Below, in pieces: positions 25,320 to 35,700 of a stretch of 64,000 nt of DNA. The DNA is taken from positions 52,948,001 to 53,012,000 of the forward strand of contig OZ287752.1 of NCBI GenBank assembly GCA_965649765.1, written 5' to 3'. The position numbers and the translations under genes are program-made. The DNA is from Bispira polyomma (Eukaryota). The notes under the pieces are model-generated. The model was not told the DNA's origin. It ran no database searches and was given only the letters and a program-made list of their open reading frames with translations. The stretch's first letter is position 1. The number at the start of each line of letters is the position of its first letter.

Positions 25320-27947
25320 CTGTAAGTATATGACATAATTTAAATTAAAGAAGTCCACCGGAATATGTTTCCAGTGATACTTGTTCAGTCCTTTCATCAT
25401 GCCTGTGTTGGGAGGATTATCAGAATAAATGCGTGATAAAGCGTCAGCCTCGACATTGTTCTTGCCCCTAATGTGTTTGATATTTAAAGTTATGTCGTAA
25501 GTGGATGCTATTAGCCATATGTTTCTAATGCATGTGGCAAGAAAAGCGTCTTTGGTCTTACTAGTGTCAACGACTAACACCACAGCCAGATTGTCACACC
25601 AAACAGTGACTCTCTGGTGGGCCCAGTCCCTACACATTAGCTTCAGAGCTATAATAATGTTTAACATTTCGAGTTGAGTGATTGCTAAGGCTCTATTATA
25701 TATGTTATGTATTGGGGTGGCGTATACTTCCTTATTCCAAATGCCGCCAAAGCCCGTCAGGCACGCATCTAGGTGGAATTCTTGCATATGTTTAATGTCC
25801 TTAGGTGCAATATATGTAATGCCATTGTACAGAGGGAGAAAAGATATGAACCAAGCAATATCTTGCTTTATGTTGTGTGTGATTTTAAATCTCTTAACCT
25901 GTGGGTTATCTCTAAAGACAGCAAGAAGTCTATTTACAAATATCCTGGCAGGACGAACACATTTGTGGATGTAAAGAAGTTTGCCTAACATTGATTGGTA
26001 GTTAGTTCTTGAGAGCCAGGATTTTTCCGTAATTGTGTGAAGTTCTTTGTATATCTGGTTGATTTTTCCTTGGTTAATACTAATAGTTCCCTCCTTAATG
26101 TTAATATCTATGCCTAAAAAAGTTGTAAAGGTATTAGGAGGAATAGACTTATCGTTATTAATGGGTAAACCAAGCTTCAGAAGTATGTCGTGAAGGAGGT
26201 TATAACCTTTGTTTGCCCTGTCTTTAGTACAGACACCGGCGTAATCATCAATGTAACAGAATAGAGTATAACCTTGTGAATTCATGTAATCAGCTATAAT
26301 GTCTGAACAACGCTGAAACGCCGCACTGCCGTGGGCCCAGCCGAACGCCACGGCAGCGTTGACGTAGGAACTATCACCCCAGTTAATGCCTAGTTTGACT
26401 GCGTCAGCAGGAGCAACTCTGAGATTCCTAAACGCGCGGGAAACGTCTGTCTTAAATATAACTGGTTCCCTAGTGTTCTTTATAGCCTCAGTGATGTGGT
26501 CTACGGAAGGAAATTTAAGAGCAAATTTTGTTTTGTCAAACGTGTCTCTGTGTATCTGACTGTTAACTGAGAGGTCCTGAGGAAATGACAGATTAAGGAT
26601 GATCCTGCGTTTATCAATGTCTTTAGGCCTAGTTAGCAGTGGTGAAGCATGGAAGTGTGTGTCTCTGATTTTAGGAACTGGGCCCAATATGGCACCCTTA
26701 GACTTTTCCTTTTCAAGATATTTGTTCACCTCCTGAGGGTATTGTAACGCAGAGTGGTGAATTTTTCCATTGTTGTTATGTAGTAATTGTGGGTTTTCTA
26801 GTGAGAGAGGAAAACCGAACTTAAGGTATTGCAACAGAATCTTATCAAGATGCCCCTTTAGAAGGTCTTCCCAAGCCTTACTATTGAGATCATAACTAAG
26901 AGGAATTCTGGCCTCCCTGTAATTGGGAACACCTGTATCTCTGATTATACTGGCTATGTTTAACATGTCCTTAACAGTTGTAATGTTAATAGGTTCCCTA
27001 TCCGGGCCAACAAATTCAAAGTCTGTTCTTGATAATTTGATAAAACCTATGTCTTTGGTGTTATCACAAATGTCAATTGCTTTGCTTTTGTTAGAGTAGT
27101 CATGACTGTTGTTATTGTCAGTTAAACTCATAAAGTATTCATTGTTATGGTCGACCGACCAAACAGCCTGTTTGTGAGAAGAACGAGGCGACGTGATATT
27201 TGCATTGTCTTTGCTAGCAGTGGCGTCCGACATGGGTACATTATTGCTGTCTCCAGTGGAATCGCCACTATTAATAATGCCATCAATCAAATTTTCAACG
27301 TGCTGTGTATAATCACAGCCATACATGGCCTTACACTCCAGGTCTCTGTTATAATAATAATGTACGACTTTAGCATCTTGCTTTTGGTCTAAAGTATACT
27401 GATTATAAGCCCAATATGATTCGTCAATGTAAATAGTCATTTCTGTGACGGATTTAATTTCCAAGTAAGAATCAGGAACATGTATACACGGACTAAGATA
27501 ATATGAACCGTCAGCCGCATTAATGTGTTGATAACAGAAACCTGAAGCCATAGGCATATTATGCACATTTAAGTAAACCACATTGTCTACACTATGAATG
27601 ACATCACTTAGCCAATTACAAGTCGAAATGGTAGCTGAGTATGCTATACTATTAAGACCTGCATGGTTATTAGTCTCATTGTCTTTGTAGGTATCATTGT
27701 AGTACATGGCCACTTCATTACAGTTCTGAATATTTAACTCATTATGACCCAAATGTTGCACTTTTGTGTCATTATGTTCTATTACATTACAGTCAATAAT
27801 GTCCTCATCCCTTGGCTTAACTTTTTGGTCCACCTGAATACTAGCTAATTTTCTACTTTTATTTTTAGAAATATTACTTTCTATATCGGCCATTACAGAT
27901 TTATTGACTTTCTGCTGGTTACAAACTGAATTACTACAATAACACAA
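25209..27947 (-). CDS. Ngaro-1 Pol (N-terminal extension, RT, RNase H)
   Basis: RRIILNLS, KTDVSRAFR, FG..GSAAFQR, YIDD; RNase H DAC, LEM, DN, ADALSR. Confidence 0.9.
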   Translation of the reverse strand: MCYCSNSVCNQQKVNKSVMADIESNISKNKSRKLASIQVDQKVKPRDEDIIDCNVIEHNDTKVQHLGHNELNIQNCNEVAMYYNDTYKDNETNNHAGLNSIAYSATISTCNWLSDVIHSVDNVVYLNVHNMPMASGFCYQHINAADGSYYLSPCIHVPDSYLEIKSVTEMTIYIDESYWAYNQYTLDQKQDAKVVHYYYNRDLECKAMYGCDYTQHVENLIDGIINSGDSTGDSNNVPMSDATASKDNANITSPRSSHKQAVWSVDHNNEYFMSLTDNNNSHDYSNKSKAIDICDNTKDIGFIKLSRTDFEFVGPDREPINITTVKDMLNIASIIRDTGVPNYREARIPLSYDLNSKAWEDLLKGHLDKILLQYLKFGFPLSLENPQLLHNNNGKIHHSALQYPQEVNKYLEKEKSKGAILGPVPKIRDTHFHASPLLTRPKDIDKRRIILNLSFPQDLSVNSQIHRDTFDKTKFALKFPSVDHITEAIKNTREPVIFKTDVSRAFRNLRVAPADAVKLGINWGDSSYVNAAVAFGWAHGSAAFQRCSDIIADYMNSQGYTLFCYIDDYAGVCTKDRANKGYNLLHDILLKLGLPINNDKSIPPNTFTTFLGIDINIKEGTISINQGKINQIYKELHTITEKSWLSRTNYQSMLGKLLYIHKCVRPARIFVNRLLAVFRDNPQVKRFKITHNIKQDIAWFISFLPLYNGITYIAPKDIKHMQEFHLDACLTGFGGIWNKEVYATPIHNIYNRALAITQLEMLNIIIALKLMCRDWAHQRVTVWCDNLAVVLVVDTSKTKDAFLATCIRNIWLIASTYDITLNIKHIRGKNNVEADALSRIYSDNPPNTGMMKGLNKYHWKHIPVDFFNLNYVIYLQVQHHLLYPWYWQLYSDWIQLSGHQLPVHTTHSSRLI

Positions 27948-28019
27948 GTTACTATCTACACTATTGTTACAAGATCCGCACTTTCTAATTGTTCATTTGG
28001 TTAGTCGTTGACAACACCC

Positions 28020-29198
28020 CTATATCTTATTAGGATGAGATTGGTTGGATTTTGATGCAATGCTCTTCTCACACTTTGCAGCCGAGTGAGAGACGTCCGT
28101 ATTGAGCACTCTATGACAGTACGAGCATATGTGCCTGTACTGTCCGTGGTCACCTTCCTGGTGGCACTTGCCTAGGTTGTAGTACTTGCATAATAATCTC
28201 CCCTTCTGTGAATATCCGGAACCGCCTGTGACTGCCCCGGTGTTAGTCTGCTGACTGTTAAGCACTGTCAGCTGAGATACACTCATGCGGGTTAGGGCCC
28301 ATTGTGTGGCGTCCCTCCAATGAAGGCACCTCTCCTCAGCCTCCTGCATATTAGCAGCCCACGCAGCCCTAACTGCAGGCCATGGGAGAGAAGCCGCGTC
28401 TTTAAGTGAGTGTATAACTTGGTCTAACATCTGTCTTAATAATGTCTGGTCCTGGACTTGCGACACATTGAAGAGTTGGCCGGCTGCCCACTGGGGCAGG
28501 GTTAGGTCATCGAATGTCGGCCTTTTCTTACCGGCTACTCCGCTGCAACCCTCGTTTGGCCATCTCAGTTGAGGATCGGCATTAGCAATGTCAGTGGTAT
28601 TGTAACGACCCGATTTTTGTCTCAAAAGGGGCTTACCTTGCGTCAACTCAGTTCTCAGCTGGGCGTCGTAGCTAGCCAGGCGGTGGTTAACGGCTGCGGT
28701 CACTTCTGGCAGTGATCTCAACACGTCCACTTTGGGTATGATTCCATCCCTCTGGTAATCATGATGTGACACGACTCTAGGTAAACCGTGTGCTTCCTGA
28801 GGGTAAGTAGAGTCATGAGTGTGTTTCCTGACAGGTAAAGCGAATTCCCCCGTCTGTCTCTGGTCATCAAGGGTATCGTTTCTAGAAGCAGATGGAGATC
28901 CGAGAGGGGTGGAACTATATGATCCCCGCGATTCAACTCTGTCCAGCCGTTTATGGATCTGCGAATTAGCCGTTTTCAGCTTCTGTAACATTGCCATGAC
29001 ATCACCGAGTCCGGCTTGATTAGGGACAACTGGCTCCGGTTGGGCGATTGCTGTATCAGCGAGCAGCCCTTGTAAATTGAGAGCTAAGGGGTCCGACACA
29101 TTAGCAGAAGTACCTGTCTTTTTAGTAGGTTTCCTTGTAGAGGCACGTTTTTTTCCCTTCATTGGTACACTAAGAGGTGTCTTAGTTGACTTGCCCAT
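28020..29198 (-). CDS. Ngaro-1 Gag, 392 aa
   Basis: Intact ORF; C-terminal CKYYN.GKC..H..YRHICSYC..H...C zinc finger. Confidence 0.85.
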   Translation of the reverse strand: MGKSTKTPLSVPMKGKKRASTRKPTKKTGTSANVSDPLALNLQGLLADTAIAQPEPVVPNQAGLGDVMAMLQKLKTANSQIHKRLDRVESRGSYSSTPLGSPSASRNDTLDDQRQTGEFALPVRKHTHDSTYPQEAHGLPRVVSHHDYQRDGIIPKVDVLRSLPEVTAAVNHRLASYDAQLRTELTQGKPLLRQKSGRYNTTDIANADPQLRWPNEGCSGVAGKKRPTFDDLTLPQWAAGQLFNVSQVQDQTLLRQMLDQVIHSLKDAASLPWPAVRAAWAANMQEAEERCLHWRDATQWALTRMSVSQLTVLNSQQTNTGAVTGGSGYSQKGRLLCKYYNLGKCHQEGDHGQYRHICSYCHRVLNTDVSHSAAKCEKSIASKSNQSHPNKI

Positions 29199-29859
29199 GT
29201 TTATAACTAAAATATTTGCAGTAAAAGAACACTATAACACCTTGTATTTCAAATTTAAAAAAAATTTAATGTTTACTGTTGCACACTTCAATCCAATATG
29301 GTGGAATAAGCAGGGGAGCAAATAAGTAAAATAAGGGGGGACCCCTAATTGGTAACCACAAAGGGGATAGAGAGAGGAAAGGAGAGTATACCTATGCTAA
29401 TTAAGGTAGGAATAAAATTAGGAGAAAGGGGTTTTAGGAACTGAACTATCAGACCCCTGTAGGGTCGTGATGTTCAAAGCCATGGCTTAAGCAACGTGAG
29501 GAACATGGGCATTACTCTGCACTTCTCCCTGCCTGGAACTACAAAATGGGGAGTCATACAGTAACTTCCTCAGGAAATCACCTGATGCATTCCAAGAGAT
29601 GGAGAGGAGGGTGGGCATAGGAGGTCCACCATAGCCAAGTTGGTCCCCAGGTGTGGCTGGCAATCATTGATGAATAACAGAAGGAATTCTTGTCTTGCCC
29701 GACAACTCCACAGGGCTGGAAGAAGTGAAGGGGTTTTAATTTTGTTTTTAATTGTGTGTACGTGAGATGATTTATTTTGAGGGGCCAGTTTGCTTCTTGT
29801 AATGAGGGTATTTTTTCATTTAACAAGCAGCTCAGATAATTTTTTTCAAACGTTTGGGT

Positions 29860-29875
29860 GGCCCTGAAAAGGGCC
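29860..29875 (-). promoter_or_regulatory. Perfect histone-type 3' stem-loop after the MADF C-terminus
   Basis: minus strand: tgatc GGCCCT TTTC AGGGCC accca. Confidence 0.85.
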
Positions 29876-30489
29876 GATCAGTTTGGATGAGTACACTCTA
29901 CTGGTCTGCAGGTTCGGCAGGGGTGGTGTGGAGGTAGAGGAGGTTGTTGTGATGGCTAAGGTGGAGGCTGTGGTGGCCAATGAGAAGGCTGTGGTGGTTG
30001 TGTCTGTGATCTGGTGCTCATAATGTGAAGGTGTGTCTATGCTCTGGTAGCTGATATCCCCTGGGCATATGCCCATATTTCTGACCATTGATGACACTGT
30101 TGAACTGTTCAGAATGTCTGACTCAACTGACCCAGGATTGTCTAATGCCAGAATAGTCCCAGTGATACTAGATATACTAGCTACACTTCCACTTGATGTT
30201 GGTGGTTGGTGACTGTCTTGATTGGTGAAGGGTTTGGAGACATCTGTGGTCTGGCTTGTGGTTGGTTGATGTACTCCACATGCTGTTGTAGTTGGTATTG
30301 CTGCTGTGGGACAAAACCAGGTGGCCCCATGCCACCGCAGGTACTTGGCTGTGGTTGAAATGGTTGATACTATTGTGGTTGTTGCTGGAAATGAGTGAAT
30401 CCAACCCCCTGTTTAGCCTGTTTCTGTAAGTTACTGACTAGGTTCAAAACCTCTTTCCGATAAATGTTGAACAAAGTTTCTGACAGTTT

Positions 30490-31041
30490 ATGGCAACTGT
30501 TGGCTGCAGTGGGTCATGGTCGGACTCCCAGATATTCAACCAATGTGAGCTGAGAGACATGATCAAGGACGGCTCAATTGGATTTCCCCCACCGCGACGC
30601 ATCAGCCCGACCAGACTTGCAGTGCCATGCTTTATCCTGGCCAATGACACCTTTGCACTGAAACCATGGCTGATGAAGCCTTTCTCCTGCCAAGGCATGA
30701 CCACTAAGCAGAGGATCTATAACTACAGGATAAGCAGGGGCAGAAGGATGGTGAAGAATGCCTTCAGGATCCTTAGCAACAGATGGAGGGTACTCTTGAC
30801 CACCATCCAGCAAGAACCTGATGTGGCGGCAACCGTGACCATGACATATTGTGTGCTACTCAGGACAAGATATAGGACCCTGGCAGTGGAAGAATACATG
30901 ATGAAACCTAATGAGCTACAGGGGGATGATCAGGCCCTGCCCAGACCAAATCCCAACAGAGAGGCCAAAGGCCAGAGAGAGCTGCTGATGCAGTACTTTA
31001 ACATAAAGGGAGCAGTGCCTTGGCAACAGGGAAGAATCTAA
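30490..31041 (+). pseudogene. Harbinger DDE nuclease C-terminal half
   Basis: GSWSDSQIF, NDTFALKPWLMKPF, YNYRISRGRRMVKNAF.ILSNRWR. Confidence 0.9.
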
Positions 31042-31078
31042 ACTTTGACTTCTTCACTTGTACTGAGTGCTAATAATC

Positions 31079-31094
31079 GGCCCTTATCAGGGCC
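31079..31094 (+). promoter_or_regulatory. Histone-type 3' stem-loop ~38 nt after the nuclease stop
   Basis: aatc GGCCCT TATC AGGGCC accct. Confidence 0.85.
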
Positions 31095-31244
31095 ACCCTA
31101 ATTTTCCAGGAACAATTGATATGCTAGTTTTGCTAAAAAAAGAAATAAACCCCTCACTACCATATACCATATACACACAGGCCCCATATTTAACTAATCT
31201 CTGTCAGACACATCAAAACACAAGCAACTGCATTAATAAAAATA

Positions 31245-31510
31245 ACCTTTGGGTTCAAACTTTTTAAAATATTGTTTGAACCTTTTGGGGACCAGGGTTT
31301 AAACCATTTAACAATTCTTTAAAACTTGTGGGGTATTAGGGTTCAAGCCCTTTAACAATTCTTTAAAATTTGTGGGGACCCATGGTTCAAGCCATTTAGC
31401 AATTCTTTAAAACTTGTGGGAACCATGGTTCAAGCCATTTAGCATTTTTTTTAAATTTGTGGGGGCTTAGGGTTCAAGCCCTTTAAATGTTCCTTAAAAC
31501 TTGTGTGTTT
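31245..31510. repeat. ~40-bp minisatellite between the two stem-loop arms
   Basis: gggttcaagccctttaacaattctttaaaatttgtgggga, about 6 copies. Confidence 0.8.
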
Positions 31511-31605
31511 GAGTGAGGTAAGATTATTTGGTTGGTGTTTTGTTCTGATTGGATGTTTGGTATTTGTAAACAACATCTCCAACAAATGTTCTTGAAATAT
31601 TTAGT

Positions 31606-31621
31606 GGCCCTGATAAGAGCC
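31606..31621 (-). promoter_or_regulatory. Histone-type 3' stem-loop after the MADF gene
   Basis: minus strand: atc GGCTCT TATC AGGGCC actaaatatttcaagaaca. Confidence 0.8.
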
Positions 31622-32728
31622 GATATATTATAAGTCCGTCCTAGGACATTGGCAGGTCTGCAGCTGCTGATACTGATGTGGTGCTGGTAATCCCTGCTGA
31701 TACTGATGCTGCTGCTGCTCTTGCTGCTAAACGGTGCACATCTGGTGGTACACAGGCCTGTACGGTTGTTGGATGCCGTTGGCTACGAGGAGGCTTATTT
31801 CATGAAGCCGGTCATCATGCCCTTCATACGGTGCAGGGTACTCCGGAAAGAGTCTTGGTCATCTGAGCTGGCACAGAGTTATGCTGTCTCTTGGCCCCTG
31901 ATGATTTTGTTGGCGAGAAACCCACCTCAGACCCCACCGGGGAGACATCTGACACATCATCACTTATGCTGTATGCTGTGAGGGGATGGTAAGGAAGTCC
32001 TTGGCCCCCCGGCTGCAGCTGCTGGCTTCTTCCCCTTGAAGTTTGACTTCTTCATGGACTGTCGGATGATGTGCGGCTTTATAAAGGTGAAATGTTCTTT
32101 CACCCAGGTCTCAACTGTTTCAACTCCTCCGGATCCCTGCCCATCTTAGCTACGATTTCTGCCCAGCAAGTTTCTTTCTTGACAATCATCTTATAGTCCT
32201 GCTTTTTGTTGAAGGGCAACTTGTGTTGTCTAAGCCAGTCGACCAGGGCTTTCTCCTCCAGTATTATTATTATTATTATAGATTTTTGACGCACTTTATT
32301 GATGCTAGGCATCTTCTAAAGCGTAACAGCAGAATCATTGGTCCAATCATTAAGTCCATGGACATTGCAAAGTCGTAAGGAAGGAAGTGGGAGCATGCAC
32401 GAGTGAAGCTAAGGTGGGTAGGCAAGATTAAAAAGATAGGTTTTAAGCTTTTTCCTAAAACCGAAAAGTGTGTCAACTGATCTGAGGTCGACTGGGAGAT
32501 TGTTCCATAACTGTGGAGCTACAATGGAGAATGCTCTGAATCCCACCTTTCAGATTGGTCTGACCAAAGTGACAGAGAGTCTGTTGCCTCTCTTGCGGTT
32601 ACTGAAGAAAAGAAGGGAGGCAAGATAGGGGGCTGTTGAGTGACTACAGCCTTAAAAGTGGTAACATGAATCTTAAACAAAATGCGAGATTTTATGGGCA
32701 GCCAGTGTAATTTTTTGAGGTAAGGAGT

Positions 32729-35700
32729 CAGTCCAACGGGACAAAGAATCAACAGATGCCTAAAGGCCCATATAGAGGTGAGTTTCAAGTAACAAGACAA
32801 TTTTAAAACTTCGTTTGGATTTTATTTTGAAATCATCTCTGTAACAAAATAATACACTACATTGTTAAAACTATGTTAAAACATCAATACTAGTTTTCCA
32901 CTGATATCATTTTTCAGACATCCTACTATTTACACAACAGTAATAAGCACTGGTATTTAGCATTAACGTCAATGTCACTACGTGATTATTGACTGCATTA
33001 ACATTATACATGCTTATTTGGTGATATTTTAAGAACCTCTAGTACATTACATTTTCCTTTGGTGTTACTGTTACTTAACCATCAGGGTAATAGTAATTAA
33101 TGACAGGTTAATAAAATAGTAAAAGGTTTTAGATTTGTATAAAAGAAGACCCTATAAACGAAGACCTGATCCACAAGGCCAACTAAAACATAAAATTAAT
33201 GGGTATGAGGAAGGGTGGATAATTTTAACAGCACTCTAGCATTTATTTCTCACATCTGATTTATACCAAGCAGAGGGGAGCTTATATAGACCAAAACACC
33301 CAGACGGCCATGCTTCCATTAGACTAGCTCAGGGCTGTTTGTGGCTTCATTTGCCATGATCAGCATTACTGACAGATACCCTATTGCCTAGAAGTTGACC
33401 TTGTGGTGGCCTGACTGTTTAATACATAACTCTTGTGACCTTCAAGAAGTGCCATAGCTGACTACACATATGGCCCATATAGGTTTCCTGAAAGACACCT
33501 AGGCCAAGCAAAAGAATTGTTAATTAACCCTTTCACTGACTAGGTGTGCTAATGTCTTACGCATCACTCTTCACAGTCCAACGGGTTTGAATTTGAATTT
33601 GGATATTTAACGTCCACTCTAGTACCTTTTAGTAGGTTATATTGGGACGGGTAGTTGGAAATGCTGGAGGAAACACTGCATACAGTTGGTCAAGGTTCTG
33701 CACTGAAACCAGCAGCCCACAGTAAGGAACTACCACCTTTCCCACATAGGCATCAATGGGATTCAAACTCACACCACCCAGAGGTGAGAGTCCAGTGATT
33801 GTGAAGCGCAATGCTTGCTAACCACTAGGCCACTGCGGCCCCCACAGTCCAACGGGACAAAGAATCAACAGATGTCTAAAGGCCCATATAGAGGTGGGTT
33901 TCAAGTAACAAGACAATTTTAAAACTTCATTTGGATTTTATTTTGAAATCATCTCTGTAACAAAATAATACACTACATTGTTAAAACTATGTTAAAACAT
34001 CAATACTAGTTTTCTACTGATATCATTTTCCAGACATCCTACTATTTACACAACAGTAATAAGCACTGGTATTTAGCATTAACGTCAATGTCACTACGTG
34101 ATTATTGACTGCATTAACATTATACATGCTTATTTGGTGATATTTTAAGAACCTCTAGTACATTACGTTTTCCTTTGGTGTTACTGTTACTTAACCATCA
34201 GGGTATTTTAGTAGTGACGGATTTATAAAATAGTAAAAGTTTTAGATTGGTATAAAAGAAGACCCAAACCCAAATTGTTGTAGGTGTAGTTAGGCAAGTA
34301 GTTTTTAAAAAGTCCAAGGGACCACGCCAACGGCTTTAGTGGAGTTCAAATAGACCACACTGCTTCACTCCTCCAATTACCATGTGTTTTTACATGCTGA
34401 AGATCAACATTTTTGTCAAATGCAAAAGAGCACTGCGCCTAAATGCATGGAAGCCAAACCTTTTTGGACACAGTCCAATTTTGACAATCACCATTTTAAG
34501 AAAGGACCTCACTCTAAAGGCTATTAAAGGGGATAATCCTTTTTTAGATTTTATTAAAAACAAAGGCTGCTCTTTTTCAGCTTCAATTTTACAGGACAAA
34601 GAATACTATCTTTTAAGGCCTGCAGATTCTTGGCGCAGATCATAAGCAGGTGTGCCCCGGGGAGCCCCATATTACATCCGACCTAACTGAAAAGAGTGTT
34701 CTGTCAGAATCTTTTAGAGAATTAGGAACAAGGGAAGCTAGTCTAAAAAACCCCAAACATGCACTTAAAAATAGTGCTGTATAATTTTCTGAGTTAGCAC
34801 AATTTTGAGTAGCAATAATCAACTTTTTCATCATTTGAACAGACAGAACACCTTTTACCTTAGGCAGGATAGGGGCATTAATCTTTACAGATTTAACCAA
34901 CAGTGTCACTTTACGACTATATAACTGATTTTTAGGCCATTCATAAAGACCAAAGAAGTAAGACAGAACAGATATGTGGTTCTTCAATGATGCAGCCCTT
35001 AAGCCTTGTTGCACAAGGAACTCTACATAGCACAAGATAGTTTTGGAACTCGAAGGCACACTGAGCTTCATATATATCATAAAAGCCACAAACAACTTGA
35101 ACGTGGCCCCTCAGGAAGTTCTTGTCCGAGGTCTCAACGCTGTTGGTATGAGAAGCAGAGCTCTGAGATCCAGTTTATCAGCCAGTGAACGTCCTGAAAG
35201 TACATAACGAGCAGGGCAGTAATATGTCCTTCATAGTGACAATTTTTTAAAGGAGAAGCTGCAATACCTTAAAATAATTTAGTCTACTAAATTATATTAA
35301 AGGTGAATGTAATTTAAATGCAATTTTTTTTAACATTTTTCACAAATCAATTCCAAATTAAATATGACAATTTGGATATAACATATTTCCATGGGCCAAT
35401 TCCCATTTACAAGTTTTTAAGAATTGCACTTCTACAGTATTGCACTGACTATATGTATGCCACCTAGATAGTATATCAGCATATGTATTATCATGACCTC
35501 TAATGTGCTTCACTTCTAGTTCTATATTTAAAGCAGCCAAATAAACCCATGCTGTGTGTAAACACGCCATTAACCATGGGTCTTTTGACTTTCCTGACCT
35601 AAAAGAACTAACTACAGAAAAGTTGTCACACCAAATAATTACTTTGTTGTTTTTCCAATATGAACCCCAGATTTAAGCGCTAGTAGTAAATTACCCGCCT

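Larger units (their letters stand above)
17932..29476 (-). mobile_element. Ngaro-type YR retrotransposon 1, full length, split direct repeats A1-gag-pol-YR-B1-A2-B2
   Basis: A1 29252-29476; B1 24175-24333; A2 18547-18660 plus 24052-24174; B2 17932-18090; no methyltransferase seen; no TSD. Confidence 0.9.
17545..30400. mobile_element. Harbinger copy 4, internally deleted, split by Ngaro-1
   Basis: Nuclease N-terminus RFWV|KPWLKQREEHGHY..SNFLR.SPDAFQEMERRVG is restored by joining 17931 to 29477; Thr/Gln-rich MADF C-terminus (minus) at 29880-30400 ends in a stem-loop; the two parts may derive from different copies. Confidence 0.6.

Noticed and set aside
31245-31510. CRISPR-like array (also 61545-61735 and 53748-53845)
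   Set aside because: Head-to-tail minisatellites without unique spacers; eukaryotic context; no cas genes
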